From positions 1-58,207 of the IMG/VR virus record IMGVR_UViG_3300021966_000003: DNA of 58,207 nucleotides; one strand, written 5' to 3'. The notes under the pieces were generated by a model, which did no database searches, was not told the DNA's origin, and saw only the letters and a list, made by a program, of their open reading frames with translations. The stretch's first letter is position 1; each line of letters starts with the position of its first letter. A program made the position numbers and the translations under genes. Of the stretch, positions 38,318 through 48,000 are shown piece after piece. The stretch is from a virus (Duplodnaviria > Caudoviricetes).

Positions 38318-39343
38318 ATGGCTTATACTAAAGCAGATGTAGATATGGTCATTGAACATTATGGTTTTGAATATAAAGATGTAGGTGGCTACTACCAAAT
38401 GCGGACGTATTGTCATAATCCAGAAGGAGATGGCAGCCATAAGCTTTATATTTACTTTAATGATGATGATGTTAACTTTCAGTGTTACACTAATTGCGAC
38501 CATATGGATCTTGTACAGTTTATTATGCACTATCGTGAAGAGAACTACTATGATGCTAAGGATGAATTAGACAGTATTATAGGGGCTTCTAGGATGATTG
38601 GATTTGAGGTCAAGAAGGCTTTTAACCCAGCATCACGTTTAAAGAAAAAGAAACAAGAAATCGAAGAGATTAAAAAACTGAACAAAGCAATCCTCAATCA
38701 CTATTACAATTATCAATATGGTTCTTGGATTAGTGAAGGCATTAGCATGCGTACCCAAAACAAGTTTGGCATCCGTTATTCTATCGAAGAGAATAAAATA
38801 ATTATTCCTCAGTTAGATAAAGATGGTAATTTAATTGGTGTGCGAGGACGTGCTTTGAACAGTTTTGAGGTTGACAGATATGGTAAATATCGACCGGTAG
38901 TTTATAATCATGAGTCATTGAAGTATCCAACGGGGCAAAACTTGTACGGGCTGTATTATAATAAGGAAGAGATTGTTAAAACCCAGCAAGTAGTCGTGTT
39001 TGAATCTGAGAAGTCTGTTATGCAAATGGATACTTTTCAGAATGGTCATGGCAATGGTGTGGCTTTGTCCGGATCATTTATATCTGAGTGGCAACTTGAT
39101 GAGCTATCAAAATTAGGCGTAAATGAGATTGTAATTGGACTTGATAAGGATTATAATAGTAAGTCAGGACAACGGACACGTGCAACTATTATCACTAAGA
39201 TGTTCCGTAAATTGGTAACTAGGTTCAATGTGACAGTGTTATTCGATGATGTTGACGGTAAGTTAGACTATAAAGACAGTCCGACAGACAAAGGCAGAGA
39301 AGTATATGACTACCTTATGAAACATCGTCAACAGATTAACTAG
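38318..39343 (+). CDS. DNA primase
   Basis: CH..CYTNC zinc domain; GVRGR; FESEKS; GLDKD TOPRIM. Confidence 0.9.
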   Translation: MAYTKADVDMVIEHYGFEYKDVGGYYQMRTYCHNPEGDGSHKLYIYFNDDDVNFQCYTNCDHMDLVQFIMHYREENYYDAKDELDSIIGASRMIGFEVKKAFNPASRLKKKKQEIEEIKKLNKAILNHYYNYQYGSWISEGISMRTQNKFGIRYSIEENKIIIPQLDKDGNLIGVRGRALNSFEVDRYGKYRPVVYNHESLKYPTGQNLYGLYYNKEEIVKTQQVVVFESEKSVMQMDTFQNGHGNGVALSGSFISEWQLDELSKLGVNEIVIGLDKDYNSKSGQRTRATIITKMFRKLVTRFNVTVLFDDVDGKLDYKDSPTDKGREVYDYLMKHRQQIN

Positions 39344-39355
39344 GAGGAATAAGGA

Positions 39356-41098
39356 ATGAAACAGAAAGACTTAAATACAATTATTGAAAAGAACGACTTG
39401 TTTAAGGTCAACTTACGAGGAAGCGATGATAGATTGTCGGAGTTATTGCTGGTTCAGGCGCTTAGAACACGTCTGGGAGACAAGTATGAACCAGACGGGA
39501 TGACTACAGGAGGAGATTTTCCAGAACGTGTTGTTGGACCATTGGCTGATTTTTTTGAAGATGTGAAAAGTGATAAGATAATTACGGTTGGGATTTTGGT
39601 TGATGTCGATGTCGATGGGTATATGTCTGGGGCTATGATGCAATTGTTCTTGGAAGCGAACAGCACCGATGAAGATACGGATATTATTGAAATTTTACCG
39701 GACGATAAGGCTCACGGACTAAAAGCTAACTTTGATAAGTGCAATCGTGGATTTAATTATTTAATTCTTCCGGATAGTTCATCAAATGATATTAATGAAA
39801 TTCAAAAGCTACAATCAAAAGGGACTAAAGTTATTGTGATTGATCATCATATTTCTGACCACATCGACTATTTAGACGACCATGAGGACTTAGTTATTAT
39901 TAACAATCAGCTCCCTTGGTTTTATGGGGTTCTCAACGATAACTTAACAGGGGCAGGCATGGTACGAAATGTAATTGACTTTCTTGTAGAGACTGCTGGA
40001 GCAATTGACCTACCCGAGAAACGAGATATGATGGCACTGGGTCAGATCGCAGATATGAGTGACCTGAAAGATTATGAGGTATCAATCGAAGTATCGGATG
40101 CTCTATTAGACTTTCAACACCCGTTCTTTAAATCGTTCTTTAAAGATGATCCAGAAGTTATGAGTATCAAGCATATGCAATTCTCGATTATTCCTCGTAT
40201 TAATGCTGTATCTCGTGTGGGAACACCAGAGGAGCGCCGTGCTATTTATGACGCTTTAATTGAGATGTCTACAGAACATGAAGTAAAGAAGCGTTCTGGT
40301 AACGTTGTTATGAATGCTTATGACTATGCGACTGACGTTATTACTAAAGTTAAAGGGCGGCAAGATCGTAAAGTTAAAAAAGCCGTTGAAGAGGCACGAG
40401 TCATTTCGAGCGGTAATGTCAATGTAATTGAAATGCCAGATAATGTAGAAAAAGGATTATCTGGGCTGATTGCCAATAAGTATTTGGGTAATACTAAGAA
40501 GCCAACGTTTGTTGTAAAGCCGTTCAAAGACCTTTTAAGTGGATCTGCACGTATCCCAGAACAATATAAGTATGGTAAAGATATGGTTAATGCTGTCGAT
40601 GGAGTAACACTAGCGGCTGGACATCAGCAAGCTTTTGGTTTTGCGATGAAAGAAGCGGACTATAGTGACACTGTTAAAATGTTAAACACCTTATTTGATA
40701 GCAATAATGATGTCGAGTACGAGGTAGATCGAGTTTATTTGGAAAGTTTACCAACTGTTGAAGATATTAGAGATGTTTATAATAGTGAAGACGAATTTTC
40801 AGGAGCGAAAGATGCTGTTACGGTTGCGGTATTTGGATTTAGAATTCCTAAAAGACTCAAATTGACGAACCGATATTTAAATATGTTTGCGAACGATATT
40901 TTAATTGTTAATTATAATATGACAGATGAGCTAATTAAAGAAATTAATACTGGATTTGGAGATAAATATATTAATTTTGTGGCTAGCGTGGGTATGAATT
41001 TCTGGGGAAAGGAGCCTACTCCGATTCTAGTAATGGATCATATGGCGATGGGCGAACAACTTAAAGATGCTGTCACGACCGATACAATCGTATTTTAA
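39356..41098 (+). CDS. recJ: RecJ-like DHH exonuclease
   Basis: DVDVDG, HG, IDHH, PRINA, GSAR, AGHQQAFG. Confidence 0.9.
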   Translation: MKQKDLNTIIEKNDLFKVNLRGSDDRLSELLLVQALRTRLGDKYEPDGMTTGGDFPERVVGPLADFFEDVKSDKIITVGILVDVDVDGYMSGAMMQLFLEANSTDEDTDIIEILPDDKAHGLKANFDKCNRGFNYLILPDSSSNDINEIQKLQSKGTKVIVIDHHISDHIDYLDDHEDLVIINNQLPWFYGVLNDNLTGAGMVRNVIDFLVETAGAIDLPEKRDMMALGQIADMSDLKDYEVSIEVSDALLDFQHPFFKSFFKDDPEVMSIKHMQFSIIPRINAVSRVGTPEERRAIYDALIEMSTEHEVKKRSGNVVMNAYDYATDVITKVKGRQDRKVKKAVEEARVISSGNVNVIEMPDNVEKGLSGLIANKYLGNTKKPTFVVKPFKDLLSGSARIPEQYKYGKDMVNAVDGVTLAAGHQQAFGFAMKEADYSDTVKMLNTLFDSNNDVEYEVDRVYLESLPTVEDIRDVYNSEDEFSGAKDAVTVAVFGFRIPKRLKLTNRYLNMFANDILIVNYNMTDELIKEINTGFGDKYINFVASVGMNFWGKEPTPILVMDHMAMGEQLKDAVTTDTIVF

Positions 41099-41120
41099 AG
41101 AGCTTCGGCTCTTTTTATTT
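41098..41120 (+). terminator. Intrinsic terminator
   Basis: AAGAGC-TTCG-GCTCTT followed by T run. Confidence 0.75.
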
Positions 41121-41192
41121 ACATAAAAGTTTGACAAGGTAAAAATATCATGCTATACTGTGTATGCAGATAAAGAAAGAAGGAAATACATT

Positions 41193-41552
41193 ATGAAAAA
41201 AGAAATTTTTCGTGGAGAAGTATATTTAGTAGATTTTGGAAAGCCATTCAGCGAACGGGATAGTCGTCAAGCGGGGGTTCGTCCGGCAATTGTGGTATCC
41301 AACTCGTCAAATAATAAGTTTAGTCCGGTCTTAATCGTTGTTCCACTAACAACCAAAACGAAACGCTCTATTCCTACACATCATACTTTTGATCTTTGGA
41401 ACCAACCATACCACAAGTTAATTACAAACACAGCACTTTGTGAACAGGTATCAACAATTGCAAAAGACCAAGTTATCAAACGTGTTGGCAAATTAGAATA
41501 TGAAGATATTCTTGAAGTTACGACTAAATTAAGAGTCGCTATGGGGTTATAA
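41193..41552 (+). CDS. PemK/MazF-family endoribonuclease
   Basis: RGEVYLVDF; Q.GVRPAIVVSN; VVPLTT; LCEQVSTI.K. Confidence 0.9.
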   Translation: MKKEIFRGEVYLVDFGKPFSERDSRQAGVRPAIVVSNSSNNKFSPVLIVVPLTTKTKRSIPTHHTFDLWNQPYHKLITNTALCEQVSTIAKDQVIKRVGKLEYEDILEVTTKLRVAMGL

Positions 41553-41553
41553 T

Positions 41554-41913
41554 ATGAAATTATATTTAACTAACGGAGTACAGAATAAAAAGCTATATAT
41601 TGCTTACTCACTTGAATATGATAATGGCGAACGTAAAGATTATTTACATGTTCAGGACACGTTTAATTACCCGGCAATTGATACTGTGAATTATGTTATG
41701 GGGTTTCTTAAAGAAGTCAATAATTTAACTATTGACAGCAACAAGGATGATGTGTTAGAATTGTTTCAAGATATAAATAGAGGTAAGTTTAAGATTAAAG
41801 TTAGTTTGTATAGATTACTATTGCATGAAACTTATGCAGAGGAACCTTACAGTCAGATGATTTATAGCAGTTTAAATTACGCAATCAGCGAAAGGATGTC
41901 ACATAATGTTTAA
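41554..41913 (+). CDS. Hypothetical protein
   Basis: Coupled to the MazF gene. Confidence 0.7.
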   Translation: MKLYLTNGVQNKKLYIAYSLEYDNGERKDYLHVQDTFNYPAIDTVNYVMGFLKEVNNLTIDSNKDDVLELFQDINRGKFKIKVSLYRLLLHETYAEEPYSQMIYSSLNYAISERMSHNV

Positions 41914-42424
41914 ATTTAATATTGAAAAAATTACTTTATCACAGCACTTTATCGAACGAGGAGCACAACGGTTTGCTACGAGCGGTTCTACGATTATGCA
42001 CTGGGCACGCAATGTCATGCACAATGGAACCCAGTCTCCTTCCCATGATCGTGATCGAGTATTCATTGACTACAATGAAGTAAGATTAATTATTGATGTT
42101 AAAAACAATGTAGCTATTACTTGTTATTCAACAAATGACAGCGAAGCCAAAGACAGAGAATTAAAAACTCTCGAAGGCTATGACGAAGCTATGCTCATTG
42201 CACAATCAGAAGTACAAAAGATTCGGGTGAAACAACTAAAGATTGTTGATGCAAAGATCTTAAATATGATGAATACATTAACTAAGTTGTATAAAACGCA
42301 TGGAAATACTAGTCGAGCAGACTATTTTGAAAAGCAGGAACTTCAAATTGCGGCGGTTGAGAAAGAGTTGGCAATAACCCGTGAACAACGGGTAGCTGTC
42401 AAAGGGGTTCTTAGAAAAATTTAA
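41906..42424 (+). CDS. Hypothetical protein, possible BECR/RelE-like N-domain plus coiled coil
   Basis: LSQHFIER..QRF...VAITCY pattern. Confidence 0.55.
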   Translation: MFKFNIEKITLSQHFIERGAQRFATSGSTIMHWARNVMHNGTQSPSHDRDRVFIDYNEVRLIIDVKNNVAITCYSTNDSEAKDRELKTLEGYDEAMLIAQSEVQKIRVKQLKIVDAKILNMMNTLTKLYKTHGNTSRADYFEKQELQIAAVEKELAITREQRVAVKGVLRKI

Positions 42425-42505
42425 ACGTAACGTAACTGTAAAGGTGGTGACACAATTATGTAACGTCAATATGTTATAATTAATTATCAAAAATAGAAAG
42501 AGGTA

Positions 42506-43012
42506 ATGTATATAATGAATGAAGGGAGTAAAAATGGTAACTATGTTGATGGATTGTCAAAAAGTCCTGAAAAAATATGTTATTATGCGATGGTTAACAG
42601 GGTAACGAATAAAAATCATAAAAGTTATCAACATTATCAAGATATGATTAGTGGAGATAAAATTGAAAAATCTTGGTTAGATAGTTTTGAAAACTTCTTA
42701 AATGATATTGGAAAAAGACCGAGCGACAAATATACCCTGCATAGGGTAGATAATCATAAAGGGTATGTAAAAGGTAACGTTATTTGGGCGAATCAATTAA
42801 CACAGCATATAAATAGGGATTTAAAACCCGGCAGAAGCGGATTCGTGGGCGTTACAATACTTGGTAAAAATGTAAAGAAAAAATATTCTGCAAACATCAA
42901 GATGAACGGAAGAAATATATTTTTAGGTAACTTTTTTGACATAGAAGACGCTAAGGTGGCCCGTTATGAAGCAGAAACTAAATATGGGTTTAACCACACT
43001 TTTGAAATTTAA
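42506..43012 (+). CDS. HNH-like/AP2-domain endonuclease
   Basis: SFENFLNDIGKRP..TLHRVDNHKGY..GNVIWA; SGFVGV..LGNFFDIEDA..AR. Confidence 0.85.
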   Translation: MYIMNEGSKNGNYVDGLSKSPEKICYYAMVNRVTNKNHKSYQHYQDMISGDKIEKSWLDSFENFLNDIGKRPSDKYTLHRVDNHKGYVKGNVIWANQLTQHINRDLKPGRSGFVGVTILGKNVKKKYSANIKMNGRNIFLGNFFDIEDAKVARYEAETKYGFNHTFEI

Positions 43013-43023
43013 AGGAGAACAAT

Positions 43024-43731
43024 ATGAAAAAAACAATCATTGCTGTAGTAACAACATTGCTGGCAGTTTTGACTATTGGAGATTCTGCAAATGCGGATTC
43101 TGTTACTGTCAAGCCGGGCGACACCCTAGGAGAAATTGCACAAGCGAACAACCTAGAAGTGTCAACGTTGGCTAGCGTCAACGGTATTACGAATGTTAAC
43201 TTAATTTTCGTTGGGGATGTTATTCAATTAGATGGTCATGCAAAGGCTACGGTTATATCAACTCCAACGGTTACAGAAATTCCAAAAACAGTAACTCCTA
43301 CAACGACACAACCAAAGGAAGTGGTATCATCACAAACAAGTCAAGGATCATCAAGTCAATCAACAACAGTAAATCAAACATCAACGCCACAGACGGATCA
43401 ATCAGCATCACAGCAGGCCACATCAGTATCAAAGCAGGAAACATCTTCATCACAGAGTCAATCAGTCAACGAAAGTTCGACAAGTTCACAAACAGTGACT
43501 CAAAGCACAACGACTAGCTCTGCTAAAGAATGGATTGCAGGTAAAGAATCAGGTGGTTCTTATACAGCGTCAAATGGTCAGTATGTCGGAAAGTATCAAT
43601 TAGATTCAAATTATTTGAACGGAGATTACTCAGCTGCAAATCAAGAAAAAGTTGCGGATTCGTATGTTAGTTCACGTTACGGATCATGGGAAGCGGCTAA
43701 AGCACACTGGGAAGCGAATGGTTGGTATTAA
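43024..43731 (+). CDS. Secreted LysM protein with Apf/transglycosylase-like C-terminus
   Basis: Signal peptide, LysM, S/T/Q linker, AKEWIAGKESGGSY...NGWY. Confidence 0.9.
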   Translation: MKKTIIAVVTTLLAVLTIGDSANADSVTVKPGDTLGEIAQANNLEVSTLASVNGITNVNLIFVGDVIQLDGHAKATVISTPTVTEIPKTVTPTTTQPKEVVSSQTSQGSSSQSTTVNQTSTPQTDQSASQQATSVSKQETSSSQSQSVNESSTSSQTVTQSTTTSSAKEWIAGKESGGSYTASNGQYVGKYQLDSNYLNGDYSAANQEKVADSYVSSRYGSWEAAKAHWEANGWY

Positions 43732-43801
43732 TATAACACCGAGTTTTTACTCGGTATACATACTCAGATATAGTTGGGATAAAAAGAATAGAGGTAATGG
43801 A

Positions 43802-44026
43802 ATGAAAACATTTAGAATGATTTTATCATTTATCGTATCAGCTGTGGTTGTGTTCGCAATTGTTTTAGGAGTACCAGCATTGGTAACGGCGTTCTACAAC
43901 GTTGTTATGACAAGAATTATTGACACAGAGACAATCACTTACTTAGAAGGATTCTTTTCAACAGCAATGATCGTTACATTTGGAGTAACGCTAACATCAT
44001 TTCAGGAGGAAAACTTATGGCAGTAG
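43802..44026 (+). CDS. Small membrane protein
   Basis: GAGGT RBS before MKTF; two hydrophobic segments. Confidence 0.6.
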   Translation: MKTFRMILSFIVSAVVVFAIVLGVPALVTAFYNVVMTRIIDTETITYLEGFFSTAMIVTFGVTLTSFQEENLWQ

Positions 44027-44286
44027 AAATCAAGCTGGATCGAGTTTATACAATCACTGACAACCAACCAACGATAGGATTCGTTTTAGTCGAAACTCGT
44101 AAGAAGAAGGATAACAAAAACCCGGTCGTTACAAAGACATATCACATGACGATCGAGCAGGTATTAAAATACTACGTACGTGATGCTTTAGCGAAGAAAC
44201 CAGAAAAGATTGCTACGATTCGTGAATATCTTGATGAGTATGAAGTGCTGATGAAAACGGTAGAAAAGATCACAAATGGATTATAA
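44017..44286 (+). CDS. Hypothetical protein
   Basis: AGGAGG RBS. Confidence 0.7.
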   Translation: MAVEIKLDRVYTITDNQPTIGFVLVETRKKKDNKNPVVTKTYHMTIEQVLKYYVRDALAKKPEKIATIREYLDEYEVLMKTVEKITNGL

Positions 44287-44291
44287 GAAAA

Positions 44292-44317
44292 TGGTCAGCT
44301 TAGGCTGGCTTTTTTTG
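44292..44317 (+). terminator. Intrinsic terminator
   Basis: GGTCAGC-TTAG-GCTGGCT followed by T run. Confidence 0.75.
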
Positions 44318-44366
44318 TCGTTACATGATATAATGTAATTATAGAAGAACATTAGGAGGAAACATA

Positions 44367-45059
44367 ATGGAATTTTGGTTACCAATAAGAAGCTATGAGG
44401 GATTATATTGGGTTAGTAATAAAGGGAACGTAAAAAATAAGGATGATAAGATTTTAAAAGCTTATATTAATCGTAGTCGCCGACATGTAACCTTATGTAA
44501 AGATGATATTCGTGAATTATGTGTAATGTATCGTTTAGTCGCCCAAGCTTTTATACCTAACTCAAATCCAAATGTCAATACCGTTGTTCATCATATAGAT
44601 GATAATTCGCAAAATGATAACGTTGATAATTTAATGTGGTGTACTCAAAAATATAATATAAGTGAACCGATTGCAATTAAAAAACTTCACGATACAATGG
44701 TTCAAGGCGAACAGGCAATGGTTGAACAAACAAAAGCATTGAATCCTGATGTCTCTTATATTAGAGGGTTTTACAATTCAAGAACAAAATGTTTATGGAA
44801 ATGCAAGACCTGTGATAATAAGTGGATGGCGACCCCTGACCATGTAAAAAGAGGTAGTGGATGTTTTAAATGCGCCCATAAAAAATTAATTACATCTCAA
44901 CAAAAACCGGTAGAACAACGTAAAAATAAAATTGTGGTTGAGACGTTCTTTTCGATTGCAGATGCTAGCAATAACACAGGAATTAGTAGGCAAAATATAT
45001 CCTCTTGTTTGCATGGAAAGCGAACGTCGACTGGTGGATACCAGTGGAGTTTCAAATAA
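44367..45059 (+). CDS. Intact NUMOD4-HNH-zinc ribbon-NUMOD1 endonuclease
   Basis: YEGLYWVSNKG; HHIDDN..ND.VDNLMW; CKTC..CFKC; SIADAS..ISSCL.G..GGYQW. Confidence 0.88.
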   Translation: MEFWLPIRSYEGLYWVSNKGNVKNKDDKILKAYINRSRRHVTLCKDDIRELCVMYRLVAQAFIPNSNPNVNTVVHHIDDNSQNDNVDNLMWCTQKYNISEPIAIKKLHDTMVQGEQAMVEQTKALNPDVSYIRGFYNSRTKCLWKCKTCDNKWMATPDHVKRGSGCFKCAHKKLITSQQKPVEQRKNKIVVETFFSIADASNNTGISRQNISSCLHGKRTSTGGYQWSFK

Positions 45060-45072
45060 AGGAGATTTAAAG

Positions 45073-48000
45073 ATGAAAAAAAACGAATTGATTGATTATA
45101 GGTTTGGGAACATTCATTCGCACACAGACTACAGCAACGTACGTCTTTTAGACGCATCTGAGACCGTTAAAGATGTTTTGGATGAAGCCAAACGTTTGAA
45201 CTATTCTCTTATTGGGTTTACAGAACATGAGGCACTGGGAAGCCATCTTAAAGCAATTAATACTTTAAACAACGGCGATTATGGCGATCTTAAAATTATT
45301 TTAGGAAACGAAATCTATTTGGTAGATAAGGATGAAATGGATAATGCAGTTGATAACAACCTATCTGCTAAGGATTTCCGATTTAATCATTTTCTATTAA
45401 ATGCGCTTGACTATAAAGGCCATCAATTCCTGCAAAAACAATCAACGCAGGCGTGGAAAAATAGTTTCCGGTATCATGGGATGTTCCGTGTGCCATCTTT
45501 TTACCATGAAATTGAAGAAATGATGAAGGGATATAAAGGACATGTTATTGCTAGTTCTGCTTGTTTGGGCGGATATGTTGACCAAGAACTAATTGCATAT
45601 CGTGATACGGAAGATACTAAGCACTTGAATAATGTAATTAATTTCTGCAAGTGGGGTGTCAAGGTATTTGGAGAAGAAAACTTCTTCCTTGAATTAATGC
45701 CCGGAGATAACTTGGACCAAATGTATGTTAATCAACGTATGAGGGATTTATGTGCAAAGATGGGTTATAAGTTCATTATTACCTTGGACTCTCACTACGT
45801 TAATGAAAGTGCACGTCCTGTTCATACAGCCTTGCTGCAATCACGAGACATTGATCGAGATGTTAGCGTTTATGACAGTGCACATTTTTATTCAACAGAA
45901 GATTTATTCCAATGGTTTGATGATGACACGATGACAGAAGGGTTACAAAATATTAAATCAATCGAGGAACGTGTGGAACAATATGAATTAGCTCATACCC
46001 CAATCGTGCCAACTGGTCGAATTCCAAAGTTTGACAAGCTAAAATATGAAGATTTAGGCGTCGAGGAGACGTATTCTAACGTTCAGTTCATGATTGATAG
46101 TGAAGACTTGTCCGATAACTACCTTGTAAAGATGGCTGTAGACGGGCTTAAAAAGTATAAATTTGATGATAAGAAAGAATATTGGGAACGCCTCGATTTA
46201 GAGCTTGGAGAGCTGGTTAAAATCGGTAATAAGATTGGTCAAGCGATGAGCGCTTACTTTGTGCTAATGACTGATATCTTAGATTTAGTTCAGGATAAGT
46301 CATTACTTGGAGCTGGTCGAGGAAGCAGTTCGTGTTGGTTACTAAACTTTTTAATTGGATTAACTAAGATTAATGCATTAGAATATGGTTTACCATATTA
46401 TCGATTCTTATCAGCCGAACGTGTTAGTCATAATACTGCTGGAGATTACCCAGATATTGATAGTGACAGCGAAGCTAATCAACGAGGAAATATTCTCCAA
46501 CATATTAAAGATGTGTACGGAGAAGAACGAGTGTTGAGTTTTGGTACGTTTTCGACAGTTGGTACAAAGTCCGCAATTCAAATGGCTGGTCGTTCATTGG
46601 GACTAGAAGCTGCGGAGAATAATTATATTGCTAGTCTACTCCCCGGCGAAGGGCACACGATTTATGACCTCCCAGATGCAATTAACGGTAACCCCAAAAA
46701 GGGTATCAAACCCGGCAAGAAGCTATTAGAAGAATTAGATAAGCACGGGAATATGAAAGATATTGCAATGGGGCTATATAAGATTGTTGTTGGAGTGTCT
46801 CAGCACGCTAGTGGTCTTATGATTGCTGAGGATTCATACACGGAGCATAATGCTATGATGAAGACAAAGAACGGTATTCCTATTACTCAGTTTGATGCAC
46901 CGGATACAGAGGAAATGGGACATATCAAATTAGATGTTCTTGCTCTTAATGCTCTTGATAAAATTCATGAAGCTATGAATTTACTATTGAATGATGGCAA
47001 ACTAGAGTGGCAAGGAACTTTGAAGTCAACTTTTGAGAAGTATTTTGATGTTGATAAGCTAGACTTTACTAATCAAGAAATGTATGATAAGCTTGCTAAT
47101 AATGAAATCGTTAATGCTTTTGAATTTACTAGCAAGGCTGGGCGTGATGCTTTGCATAAAGCCGATGCTCATGAGTTCTTACAGGTAACCGATGTCAATG
47201 GCCTTATGCGATTGACGGGTGGAGACGCAGGTGAATTGGCTATCGACCGTTTTGTTCGTTACTCAAAGAATATCAACTCTTGGGATGAAGATATGGATAA
47301 GGCGGGCTTGAATAGTCAAGAGAAACAAACCATGCATGATAAGTTTGATATCTCAACGGGTATCAACTCATCACAAGAAGGACTTATGGACTTAGTTATT
47401 ACGGTTGTTGGCTATTCGCTAGAAGAAGCTAATAAGATCCGTAAATCAGTTGCCAAGAAAGATAAGAAGGCGCAACAGGAAGCGGGAGTATTCTTCTATA
47501 AGAAAGCTGAAGAAGAAGGATTGCGAGACGAATTTGCCCGGTATATCTGGGAACAACAAATTATGATTCAAGCGAACTATGCTTTTGCGAAGTCTCACGC
47601 TTTAGTTTATACTCTTAACTTATTAATTGAAATGAACATTGCTCAGTTTTATGGTCTTGAATATTGGAGTGCAGCTGTTTTGTCTGTTAATTCTGGTTTA
47701 ACGGGTGATGTTGTTGGAACACCAGACTATGAAAAAGTTGCAACTGCTATTGGTGAACTACCAAAAGGGACTGTTATCGCTCCAAATGTTAACAAATCGG
47801 GAATTGGTTTCACTCCAGACTTAAATAAAAAGAACATTTTATTTGGTCTTGGAGGTATCGTGGGGCTTGGTGATAAGGAGATTAAGAGCATTGCTGAACA
47901 CCGTCCATTCAAGTCTGTCGATGATTTTCTAGAACGGGAAAGTGAAGACTTGAACTACCGCAAAATGATTATTGCAATCAAGTCTGGTATGTTGAATGAA

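Noticed and set aside
44932-45072. N-terminal extension, intein or intron of DnaE
   Set aside because: Overlaps the HNH gene; good RBS and ATG at 45073; no intein motifs noticed in DnaE
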